42,208 bases of DNA from an uncultured archaeon (lineage in GTDB: Archaea; Asgardarchaeota; Thorarchaeia; Thorarchaeales; Thorarchaeaceae): positions 5,170-47,377 of the forward strand of contig CAZLEV010000020.1 in the NCBI GenBank assembly GCA_964558645.1, in the 5' to 3' direction. Under the pieces are notes generated by a model. That model was given only the letters and a program-made list of their open reading frames with translations. It searched no databases and had not been told where the DNA came from. Numbering within the stretch: position 1 is the stretch's first letter; every line of letters begins with the position of its first letter. A program made the position numbers and the translations under genes. Positions 18,692 to 27,506 of the stretch are shown here, in pieces.

Positions 18692-19924
18692 GTGATACAA
18701 CTGAATGCGAAACGGCGCCTGGATGAATTGCGCAAAAGGGCAGAGCAACATTCCAGGAATTTGGAAGCAGCAAGAATTCAAGAATCTATGACAAATGCAA
18801 TCGGTGATAGAAGAGGAAGGGAACTTCTAGATCAGATTTCAGAGATTGAGAAGCATTCGGGATGGGAGCATGTGGTGGAGATATTGGCTTCAGCGCGGCT
18901 TGCAGAGTATTCTACCCCTTTAGCACTCGGATTCCAAAAAAAGAAGCTGGAACCGTTGAAGTTCAGAGAAGTGTTGTTCGAGCTCTTCTCATGTTCGGGT
19001 TTTGAACCGATAAATGTTCCCACTGAAGAGATTCTTGATCGACTTCATGAGGTTGATAGTTTCGTTAGGGCGAACGTTCTATTCCAATCTCTCATTGAAG
19101 ACTATACTTTGAAACAGATTCAATCAGGAGACCTGTTATTCTTCTCGGGGGACTCATGGATTTCTGACATAACTAAGAGAATTGACTCTCTACAAGAGAG
19201 TCAAATGGAGAATCTCGTTCTGCCCAGTGTGAATGGAAGTGTTCAACTACAGAGATTGTGGGGGACAGAGTTAGGACGCCGCCTGCTTGCTGATCTAGGT
19301 GTAAAAGGTACAACCCTCGATCTCGATAGCGATGTAATACAGATATTAACTGTATCATTTCCTGGCTTGACGACGACAACAGAAAAACAAGTGAAGGTCA
19401 ACTCGCAGATATGTAACATCCCTTCTCTTCCGGTTTATGATCGTCTGCTTACGGCTATTATTCATCATGATATAGAAGATCTTCAGAACCTAGGCAGTCA
19501 ATGGGCATACCCTATTCTTGACTACTACGTGAGCGAGTCATTGAGAGGTTATTTAGAAAGTGATAGTCCAGAACAGTATCGAAGCTATCTGAGTGGTCTC
19601 AATGCACATATTGCGGTCCGTGCTGCCGAATCGATAGCTACGTTCCAGAAGCTTGTAGAAAGAAGTGACGTCCCTAGAGTTTCAGAGCCAGCAGCACTTG
19701 CCATGGGAAACTTCTTCACTGAATCAGCCATCGCCGTTCTCTTGGAAAAGGTCTGTTCCACGTTAGATGAAACAAGCGAAGCTGCTCTGAAAGCATTGCA
19801 ACGGATTCATGACTTCACACCTGAAGCTGAGCCAATGATAAGGCTGGCAGCTGAAGGCAACTGCAGGTCAGCTGCAAGACTGAAGGGGATACTGGAAACA
19901 CGTATTTGGAGCTCCTCAAGCTGA
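18692..19924 (+). CDS. Hypothetical helical protein with C-terminal HEAT-like repeats
   Basis: 410-aa ORF; VSEPAALAMGNF...AIAVLLE and SEAALKALQRI are HEAT/PBS-like. Confidence 0.65.
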   Translation: MIQLNAKRRLDELRKRAEQHSRNLEAARIQESMTNAIGDRRGRELLDQISEIEKHSGWEHVVEILASARLAEYSTPLALGFQKKKLEPLKFREVLFELFSCSGFEPINVPTEEILDRLHEVDSFVRANVLFQSLIEDYTLKQIQSGDLLFFSGDSWISDITKRIDSLQESQMENLVLPSVNGSVQLQRLWGTELGRRLLADLGVKGTTLDLDSDVIQILTVSFPGLTTTTEKQVKVNSQICNIPSLPVYDRLLTAIIHHDIEDLQNLGSQWAYPILDYYVSESLRGYLESDSPEQYRSYLSGLNAHIAVRAAESIATFQKLVERSDVPRVSEPAALAMGNFFTESAIAVLLEKVCSTLDETSEAALKALQRIHDFTPEAEPMIRLAAEGNCRSAARLKGILETRIWSSSS

Positions 19925-19968
19925 TAGTGGCGGCGTATTACTAGTAATAGTTATGATACACATCTTAC

Positions 19969-20373
19969 TTATCGTGGAAGTGTCCATTCTGTGCGCTCTC
20001 CAACTGGAACAAACCCTAGGATTAAGTTGCCTCGAACTTCATCGAACTTGAACACTCCAAAGATATACCGCTCACTATTGTTGTCCCAGTCGATTCTTTG
20101 TCGAGCAAGCAAGTTCTCAAAGAGAGATCTGCACTGTCGTCTTACGGTCAAGAAAAGATTCCGATATCGTCTACGCTGAGATGGCCGGATCCCCCATCGC
20201 TCTAGAATGAAACGATTGGCTAGGCTATTGCTCGAAATCAGGATTGACCTCTTTTTCATTTTTGACAACTGTACACTCTCTTCCAGTGCCTTTCTCAGAA
20301 TATCAGGAGCAGTTGCCAGAATGGACGGCGTTGCAACCGGTTCTTTGAATGGTATGCTGTTCCTCTTGGACAA
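19969..20373 (-). CDS. Basic hypothetical protein, possibly nucleic-acid binding
   Basis: 134 aa, Arg-rich (PSQRRRYRNLF), GAGG upstream of TTG. Confidence 0.65.
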   Translation of the reverse strand: MSKRNSIPFKEPVATPSILATAPDILRKALEESVQLSKMKKRSILISSNSLANRFILERWGIRPSQRRRYRNLFLTVRRQCRSLFENLLARQRIDWDNNSERYIFGVFKFDEVRGNLILGFVPVGERTEWTLPR

Positions 20374-20526
20374 ATGCCTCGACCATCCTCACACTAGTAC
20401 TACCTGTCTTGACTTAAGAAGACCACAATCGAAACGATAGCATTAGTCGACTGCATTGCTTTGTCAGATCAGTTCCCCCTTCGGTGAACTAATATCACTA
20501 CGAAGAACTGGTTTTCGGGGTGCAGT

Positions 20527-22872
20527 GTGTTGAAACAGAGAGCCGGAATTCATGTCACAGGTATAGTACAGGGAGTAGGATTCAGGCCCTTCATCTTTCG
20601 TCTGGCAAAAGAACGGTTTCTACAAGGTTATGTCCTCAATCTCGGAGATGCCGGCGTTAGAATAGTGACAGAGGGTGAAAGAGAGAAGATCCAAGATTTC
20701 ATCCAGGAGATACAGAGTAATCCACCATCGATATCCCGCATAGAAACTTTGGATACTGAATGGATGGAGCCAACCGGGGAATTCAATGACTTCGTTATTA
20801 AGAAATCATCGACCGGAAGAAGCAAGGACGCTGCACCTGAGATTCCACCGGACATAGCAATATGTCAGGACTGTGTCGAAGACTTATTCAATCCGGATTC
20901 TCGGTGGTATCTCTACCCCTTCACATCATGTGCTGCCTGTGGACCCCGCTTCTCCACTATCACTGACCTTCCTTATGATAGACCCAACACAACGATGGAC
21001 GATTTTCCATTGTGTAATACTTGTAATACGGGTTATACAAACCCGCTGGATAGAAGGTACCACGCTCAGACCACAGCATGTGAGAAGTGCGGCCCTTCCT
21101 ACAGGCTTGTTGACAAGCAAGGAAACTTAGTGGAAGACGAAAAGCCTGTTGCTGTTGCTGTATCCATGCTTGACCAAGGTAAGATTGTAGCGCTACAAGG
21201 AATAGCTGGTACACATCTTGCCACAATAGTGACAGATCCTGATCCAATTCGCGAATTGCGTCGGAGGAAGCGAAAGTCATCTCGTCCCTTTGCTGTGATG
21301 TTTCGGAATATCGAAACCATCAAGGCACAGTTTGACCTCAGTGATATGGAACAAGACTTGCTCTTATCATGGAGAAGGCCTATTGTTCTCTTGACTGTTG
21401 GAGATGATGTATCACGTGTAATACCTCCGTCTTCAATCAATGAGATTGCACCTGGCCTAGATAGCATAGGAGTAATGCTGCCCTATGCCCCGATGCATCA
21501 TATGCTATTCAAGTATACAGATGAACCCGCATTGATTATGACGAGTGCAAATCCGTCCGGTGTCCCCATGTACATTGAGCCAGACAGGATTGTTTCAGAC
21601 CTGAGAGATATTACTGATTTCTCTCTTGTTCATGATAGACGAATTCATCAACGGGCAGACGATTCTGTCATTAAACCGTTAACCAACTCCAAGGCTGTCT
21701 TTATTCGTCGTTCACGTGGCTATGTTCCAGAACCGATAGGGGTTCGTGGTCCTTGGGGCGACTTGACCGGTATTGCCGTTGGACCTGAAGAGAAAGTCAC
21801 GGGATCTGTGCTCAAGGCTAGCAACGCCTACCTTACTCAGTACATTGGTGATGTCGACAAAGTGGAAACCATCAACTTCCTGTCTGATGCACTAGATCAT
21901 ATCAAACATCTGATTGATGTGCCCAGACCTGATTTTGTTGCATGTGACCTGAACCCGCAGTTTCTCACCACCGAATTAGGCGAAGAGATGAGTAGAGACC
22001 TTGATATTCCGTTAATCAGGGTTCAGCATCATCATGCACACCTAGCGGGACTGATTGCAGAGCATGACCTGCCTCCTGATACTCGTATTGTGTGTATTAC
22101 GGTTGACGGATATGGATATGCACCAACGGGAGACGCTTGGGGTGGTGAGATTCTTCTAGGAAACTATGATGAATACCAACGAGTCGGAGGGCTTAGACAT
22201 AGTGCCCTTCCCGGAGGAGATTTGTCAGCACGATATGCGGCAAGGTCCTTGTTGGGAATCTTAGATGATGAGATTGATCTCTCACAGATACTGGAATTGT
22301 CAAGGGGTCATGATATTGCACTTGGAACCCCAGCCGATTCTAATACTATTCCTATGGTGTATGAGTCATTAAGAAAAGGTATCAATACTGTCGATACGAC
22401 GAGTGCCGGCAGATTTCTAGATGCAGTTTCACTAGCTATAGGCGTATGTGGAGAGAATACATACGATGGAGAATGTCCAATGCGTCTTGAAGCTATAGCA
22501 CACGATAGGGGACTCCAACTCGAAGCTCGCTTCCTCGAGGCTCAAGATGGTCTGAATCTAGATACAAGGAACTTGTTATTACAAGTAATACAACTCAGGC
22601 AATCAGGAGTGTCCCGAGAGGGGCTTGCATACGCAGCCCTACATACCTTAGGTGCAAGCCTAGCTGATGCAAGTTGTGATATCGCGGAACAACATGGTCT
22701 TCAGCATATCGGTTTGTCGGGAGGAGTGGCGCTAAATGGGATTGTAACAAGATCTGTCATTGATCAGGTTAGCAAGAGAGGATTGACTCCGCTTATCCAC
22801 GAGCAAGTGCCACCTGGCGACGGAGGAATCTCTCTCGGACAGCTTGTCATCGGAGCAAAGAACGTTTCTTGA
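20527..22872 (+). CDS. hypF: [NiFe]-hydrogenase maturation carbamoyltransferase
   Basis: GIVQGVGFRPF, zinc fingers, LPYDRPNTTM, RRYHAQ, RRSRGY, VQHHHAH, PPGDGGISLGQ. Confidence 0.97.
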   Translation: MLKQRAGIHVTGIVQGVGFRPFIFRLAKERFLQGYVLNLGDAGVRIVTEGEREKIQDFIQEIQSNPPSISRIETLDTEWMEPTGEFNDFVIKKSSTGRSKDAAPEIPPDIAICQDCVEDLFNPDSRWYLYPFTSCAACGPRFSTITDLPYDRPNTTMDDFPLCNTCNTGYTNPLDRRYHAQTTACEKCGPSYRLVDKQGNLVEDEKPVAVAVSMLDQGKIVALQGIAGTHLATIVTDPDPIRELRRRKRKSSRPFAVMFRNIETIKAQFDLSDMEQDLLLSWRRPIVLLTVGDDVSRVIPPSSINEIAPGLDSIGVMLPYAPMHHMLFKYTDEPALIMTSANPSGVPMYIEPDRIVSDLRDITDFSLVHDRRIHQRADDSVIKPLTNSKAVFIRRSRGYVPEPIGVRGPWGDLTGIAVGPEEKVTGSVLKASNAYLTQYIGDVDKVETINFLSDALDHIKHLIDVPRPDFVACDLNPQFLTTELGEEMSRDLDIPLIRVQHHHAHLAGLIAEHDLPPDTRIVCITVDGYGYAPTGDAWGGEILLGNYDEYQRVGGLRHSALPGGDLSARYAARSLLGILDDEIDLSQILELSRGHDIALGTPADSNTIPMVYESLRKGINTVDTTSAGRFLDAVSLAIGVCGENTYDGECPMRLEAIAHDRGLQLEARFLEAQDGLNLDTRNLLLQVIQLRQSGVSREGLAYAALHTLGASLADASCDIAEQHGLQHIGLSGGVALNGIVTRSVIDQVSKRGLTPLIHEQVPPGDGGISLGQLVIGAKNVS

Positions 22873-22908
22873 GTATGTATTACTAATAATACACCACATG
22901 ACTTTGGG

Positions 22909-23523
22909 TCAGATGTATTTCCTAACTTCTTCCAGCCCTCTTTTGAAAGCAGCCTTGTTTATGGATTCAAACTTACCGGGAAAGGACGAAGTGATGGTTT
23001 CTAAGGCAGTCTTCTCGCTAATCGGTGTAATTGACGAAGCTATAACTGCCCCCAACATGACCATGTTCATAGACCGGGGACTGCCGGCATCCTTTGCGAA
23101 CTTCATAGCATCAAATTTGATTATCTTTTCAGTGAAACTCCGCAAGGAGGATTCTATGATTTCTTCAGAAGGATACTCTGCTTTTCCCATGGAGACTGCA
23201 ACTGGATAAACAACGTGCGAGTTCATGAGTACATGGCCGCCTGGTTTAATCAGGGAAATCTCTCTTAGAGTTTCAGCCGGTTCAAATCCGACAAGGATGT
23301 CTGCGGTTCCTGTATCAACAATCGGTCCTCTAACGTCTGAACCAATTCGTACAGTACAGACTACGTGACCCCCTCTCTGTGCCATCCCATGAATCTCACC
23401 CACCCGGACATTGAGTCCATCTGCCAGTGCAGCCTTGGCCATTATCTCAGCTAGAGTGAGAACGCCCTGGCCTCCAACTCCTGAAATCACTATGTTCACG
23501 ATGTCAGCTGAGTTTGCATTCAC
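22909..23523 (-). CDS. iorB: Indolepyruvate:ferredoxin oxidoreductase beta subunit
   Basis: GVGGQG, EIHGMAQRGG, NMVMLGA; GTG start at 23523 after GGAGG. Confidence 0.93.
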   Translation of the reverse strand: MNANSADIVNIVISGVGGQGVLTLAEIMAKAALADGLNVRVGEIHGMAQRGGHVVCTVRIGSDVRGPIVDTGTADILVGFEPAETLREISLIKPGGHVLMNSHVVYPVAVSMGKAEYPSEEIIESSLRSFTEKIIKFDAMKFAKDAGSPRSMNMVMLGAVIASSITPISEKTALETITSSFPGKFESINKAAFKRGLEEVRKYI

Positions 23524-23525
23524 AT

Positions 23526-25418
23526 CTATTCCTCCTTCTGCTTGATTGCACCCTGCGGACATACTTCTACACAGGTACCACAGAGATTGCATAACGTTTC
23601 GTCTATAACAGCCTTGCCTGTTTCAGGATCTTCATACATGGCTGGACATGATAACCGGTTGAGACAGCGTTTGCATGCGTTACAGACTTCGGGGTCGACA
23701 TAGTACTGAGGCGGGTACTCTTCCGTTCGTCGTCTCTCTGCCGCCGTGAGCAAGGCGCAAGGTTCTCTCGATACAAGAACTGCAGGTGCTTGGTTCTCAC
23801 GTACCCAGTTTACCATCTCTCGAACCTCCTTGACCATATCTGCAACAGAGTCAAACGGCCGAATAGTCTTGACATATTCTACTCCAAGACCTTCGCAAGC
23901 CTTGGCTATATCTAGGGGTTCAACTTGTTCCTGCATGCCTGTTAGACCCGTACCAGGATGTGGCTGATGACCAGTCATTGCTGTGGTGCGATTATCCAAT
24001 ACGACAAGAGAAACAGGATGCTGATTGTAGACTGCATTTGCAACACCGGCGAGTCCAGATGCGAAGAACGTGCTATCCCCAATTGTTGCAACCACATCTT
24101 GGTCGGTTACTTGTGCAAGCCCACAGGCAGTTGTTATAGACGATCCCATATCAAAGAGTATGTCTGCGGTTTCAAGTGGGGGTGCAATACTCAACGTATA
24201 ACACCCAATATCTGAGGGGTAGATTGCCTTTCCGCGAGTTGCCGTCCTTATGGCATAATAGCTTGCCCGATGAGGACATCCAGCACAGAGGAGAGGAGGT
24301 CGTGGTGGAATGTCGGGGAGTTCTGCCGCCTTCTTCTCAAGCGCTTCCCAGAGAGTTGGTGTATTACGATTAATAGCCTCTGATATTCCTTTCATGACAA
24401 TCCGAGGACTGTACTCATATATTCTGGGGAAATATCCTTGTTCCTTTCCCAGAATGTCAACATCGATTTTCCTCAGGTGAGCAATCCTGCGAGCGTGTGT
24501 TTCCAAGAAGGGTTCGAGCTCCTCTACAATGACTACTTTCGAATGACGTTTCAAGAAATCGGAAATCTTGTCTTCTGGAACAGGATGAGTCATACCGAGT
24601 TTCAGTACTTCAGCATCGAGATTCATGATTGAGAGGGCCTCCACGACGTAGTTGTATGCTACGCCGCTTGTGATTATGCCCAGCTCGCCCTCACCCTCAG
24701 TGAAGTTAAGATCGGTGGATTCTGAGATGCCCTTGGCTTTCTCAATCTGTTGGAGCAACCAAGGATGACGTGTCCTTGCAACTGATGGAACCGGGACAAA
24801 TCTGAACGGTTCTTTTTCGAATTCCACATGCTTGGGACGGTCTTGAATGGGCCCGAAAGTAACGGGTGATCTCGAGTGATTTACTCGTGTAGTTGTCCGA
24901 AGAACTACTGGGAGCTCCAGTTTCTCGGAGATTTCATAGCCCTCCAATAGCATGCTCTTTGCTTCTGCAGGGTCAGCGGGTTCCACCATAGGCATATTTG
25001 TCATGAGTGAATAGTATCTGGAATCATTCTCGTTCTGAGAACTCCACATACTGGGGTCGTCGGCTACCACAATGACCATGCCTCCCCGCACGCCAACATA
25101 TGCAAGGGTCATGAAAGGGTCCGCTGCTACATTCAGTCCTGGGCCTTTGCATACCATCATTGAACGCACTCCTGCGACAGCAGCCGCTCCTGCTACCTCC
25201 ATTGCGACCTTCTCATTACTACTGAACTCGAAGTAGAAATTAGGAATGTGAGGAGCCATTGAAAACAAGTTGTTCCCTATCTCACTACTCGGTGTTCCTG
25301 GATAGAGAGCCACAAGGCGAACACCTGCTTCGAAGGTACCCCGAGCGATCGCTTCATTAGCAAGTAAAAGATGACGAGTCCCAACAGAGTCCGCCAGAAG
25401 TTCCTTCCTCTTGGTCAT
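23526..25418 (-). CDS. iorA: Indolepyruvate:ferredoxin oxidoreductase alpha subunit
   Basis: NEAIARG, YPGTPSSE, SSQNE, LCAGCPHR, IGDSTF, MTGHQ, two C-terminal 4Fe-4S motifs. Confidence 0.96.
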   Translation of the reverse strand: MTKRKELLADSVGTRHLLLANEAIARGTFEAGVRLVALYPGTPSSEIGNNLFSMAPHIPNFYFEFSSNEKVAMEVAGAAAVAGVRSMMVCKGPGLNVAADPFMTLAYVGVRGGMVIVVADDPSMWSSQNENDSRYYSLMTNMPMVEPADPAEAKSMLLEGYEISEKLELPVVLRTTTRVNHSRSPVTFGPIQDRPKHVEFEKEPFRFVPVPSVARTRHPWLLQQIEKAKGISESTDLNFTEGEGELGIITSGVAYNYVVEALSIMNLDAEVLKLGMTHPVPEDKISDFLKRHSKVVIVEELEPFLETHARRIAHLRKIDVDILGKEQGYFPRIYEYSPRIVMKGISEAINRNTPTLWEALEKKAAELPDIPPRPPLLCAGCPHRASYYAIRTATRGKAIYPSDIGCYTLSIAPPLETADILFDMGSSITTACGLAQVTDQDVVATIGDSTFFASGLAGVANAVYNQHPVSLVVLDNRTTAMTGHQPHPGTGLTGMQEQVEPLDIAKACEGLGVEYVKTIRPFDSVADMVKEVREMVNWVRENQAPAVLVSREPCALLTAAERRRTEEYPPQYYVDPEVCNACKRCLNRLSCPAMYEDPETGKAVIDETLCNLCGTCVEVCPQGAIKQKEE

Positions 25419-25568
25419 TTCAGTGCCTCACTAGGGCGATCATCTACAAAGACGAGCGAGCAACATTGCGAAATGTGTATCAGTCTTTTGGTTCGTGATA
25501 TGCCGACGAGTTCTTAGAACATGTGTTCCAAACTCTAGTAAATGGCTCCGTTGAGGATCTCCCGATTC

Positions 25569-25737
25569 ACCCCTTCGTTTCCACTAGAAGGCAAAAAATG
25601 GGGTATTGCGACAGCGGGTACTACTATACACTATTAAAATGGAGATAAGAGCAGCTGGCATAACAGCTATTTATATTTTTGCTTAATTTAGCGGACGATG
25701 CTTAGTTGATACGAAGCTCTACTGGAAATGAAGGGGT
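25569..25737. other. Candidate replication origin: inverted pair of ORB boxes around an AT-rich spacer
   Basis: 25569-25588 reverse-complements to TCTAGTGGAAACGAAGGGGT; 25718-25737 is TCTACTGGAAATGAAGGGGT. Both match the archaeal ORB consensus TCCAxxGGAAAxxxAGGGG. The spacer contains TATTTATATTTTTGCTTAATTTA. Confidence 0.82.
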
Positions 25738-25767
25738 CTGCAATCGCTTGGAACACGTGTTCCAAGG

Positions 25768-26058
25768 CTAGACTTTATCGAATTGTACAACTTCAAAAAC
25801 AATAGTGGAAAGAATATCGTTATACTCCTCGAAGAGGTGGTCAAACATACTCTTACAACTGTCAGGTACAAGGATCGCAGAATTGGCAACAGCCTCGGAA
25901 GCTGGACATTGATCTAGTAATCCAGGTCTCCGCTTCTCTTTCTTACCACTCTTTGTCTTCCAAGAATAGACAAAACCGTACAATTCCTTAGTGAAGGCTA
26001 CTCGTCTTGCATTTGTCTGACGTGCCTTCTCACAGTCGTAGACATACAGGTAGACCAT
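25768..26058 (-). CDS. Small Cas2/VapD-like ferredoxin-fold protein
   Basis: YLYVYD first strand, RRVAFTKELYG helix, GLL, NSAILVP; fold assignment is by pattern only. Confidence 0.6.
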   Translation of the reverse strand: MVYLYVYDCEKARQTNARRVAFTKELYGFVYSWKTKSGKKEKRRPGLLDQCPASEAVANSAILVPDSCKSMFDHLFEEYNDILSTIVFEVVQFDKV

Positions 26059-26195
26059 ACTACTATCCCAAGACTAAGAACACGTGTTCCAGTTTTCAAA
26101 TCGTGTATCACCGGCATAATCTCTCAGACGGAAAGATTAATGCAGGAGAAGAACCGCGAGTGGTTCCTGTGGCTACCTAAGCATTGTGAGGTGAC

Positions 26196-27506
26196 TTGCG
26201 AGTGAATAGGATTGGTATTAGAAAAGAAGAGAAAGCATTTGAAAGACGTGTGCCGCTTGTTCCATCTCATGTATCCCAACTAGTCAAAGATTACAGTATA
26301 GACGTCATTGTAGAACCTAATGAACAACGCGTCTTTCCAGAAAGTGCATACTCACAAGTAGGGGCTTCCATCTCCTCATTGAAGGGAGAAGGAGCAGATG
26401 TAATACTTGGGATCAAGGAGATGCCAATAGGCTTCTTTGAGAAAGACAAGGTGTACGTTTTCTTCAGCCACACAATCAAGGGCCAAGAGCACAACATGGA
26501 CATGCTCCAAGACTTGATAGATTCTGGAGCCACTCTTATCGACTACGAATGCGTCACTAGCGAAAAAGGAACACGTCTCATCTACTTCGGAAACTGGGCA
26601 GGAATGGCAGGAATGTCGGACACCTTGCGAGTGTTCGGAGAACTCCTTGACAAGAAGCAAATCGCTCCAAACCCCTTCTCGGATATGAAGCCAACCCTAG
26701 ATTGTGATGGTCTCGACGGTCTCCGTGAGGTCTTCCAGCAAGTTGCACAACGCATTAAAAAAGACGGACTTCCTGCCTCATTGGTTCCATTTGTAGTTGG
26801 GTTTGCTGGCTATGGTAATGTTTCTCGTGGTGCTCAAGAGATGTTTGACATCCTGCCGCACGAGACCGTAGATCCTGGGAGCCTCTCTACCTTAGAATCT
26901 CGAAACGACATCATCTACAAGTGTGTATTCAAAGAGAAGGATATGGTCGAACCCAAGAACCCAGATGTTCAGTTCGATTTACAGGACTACTACAAACACG
27001 GCAGCGAGAAATACTCGGGAATCTTTCACAGATACGCTCCCTATCTCACCATTCTAATGAACTGCATATACTGGACAAAGAAATATCCACGGCTTCTGAC
27101 CAGGGAACAGATTCGCGACATCTGGCAAAGATCTAACAACCGTCTCTTGGTTATCGGTGACATATCCTGTGATATCCGGGGCGCAATCGAGTTCACCGTT
27201 CGGACTACAAAGCCCGACAAACCCGCCTTCACATATCTAATGGACAAGGATGAGGCGAAGCTAGAAATCACTGAGGAGGGACCGGTTGTCATGGCTATCG
27301 ACAATCTGCCCTGTGAACTCCCTCGCGAATCATCAACATCCTTTAGTCAAACATTGCTTGAGTTCATACCGCCCCTTGCAAAGGCCGATTTCACAGATGA
27401 CTTTGAACAATTAGAACTTCCGAATGAGCTGAAGAAGGCTGTTATTGTCTATCGTGGAGAACTGACAGAAGAGTATGAACATCTGAAGAAATACTTGGAG
27501 AAGTGA
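26196..27506 (+). CDS. Lysine-ketoglutarate reductase / saccharopine dehydrogenase (Lys-forming); AASS N-terminal-like
   Basis: ERRVPLVP, LGIKE, FFSHTIKGQ, LIDYE, GYGNVSRGA, DISCD, MAIDNLPCELPRESS. Confidence 0.88.
   Translation: MRVNRIGIRKEEKAFERRVPLVPSHVSQLVKDYSIDVIVEPNEQRVFPESAYSQVGASISSLKGEGADVILGIKEMPIGFFEKDKVYVFFSHTIKGQEHNMDMLQDLIDSGATLIDYECVTSEKGTRLIYFGNWAGMAGMSDTLRVFGELLDKKQIAPNPFSDMKPTLDCDGLDGLREVFQQVAQRIKKDGLPASLVPFVVGFAGYGNVSRGAQEMFDILPHETVDPGSLSTLESRNDIIYKCVFKEKDMVEPKNPDVQFDLQDYYKHGSEKYSGIFHRYAPYLTILMNCIYWTKKYPRLLTREQIRDIWQRSNNRLLVIGDISCDIRGAIEFTVRTTKPDKPAFTYLMDKDEAKLEITEEGPVVMAIDNLPCELPRESSTSFSQTLLEFIPPLAKADFTDDFEQLELPNELKKAVIVYRGELTEEYEHLKKYLEK

Larger units (their letters stand above)
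11176..24376. repeat. Dispersed arrays of GTAWTAC heptamers at 9-bp period
   Basis: About 16 doublet or triplet arrays read by eye (listed in findings). Confidence 0.75.
25517..26091. repeat. Three GAACAYGTGTTCCA palindromic sites
   Basis: 25517-25530, 25747-25766 (perfect 20-bp palindrome CTTGGAACACGTGTTCCAAG) and 26078-26091. Confidence 0.85.

Noticed and set aside
20471-20490. UUCG-loop hairpin upstream of hypF as a riboregulator
   Set aside because: Stem is short and imperfect; insufficient support.
25768-26058. CRISPR-Cas locus suggested by the Cas2-like protein
   Set aside because: No cas1 or other cas genes and no repeat-spacer array anywhere in the window.
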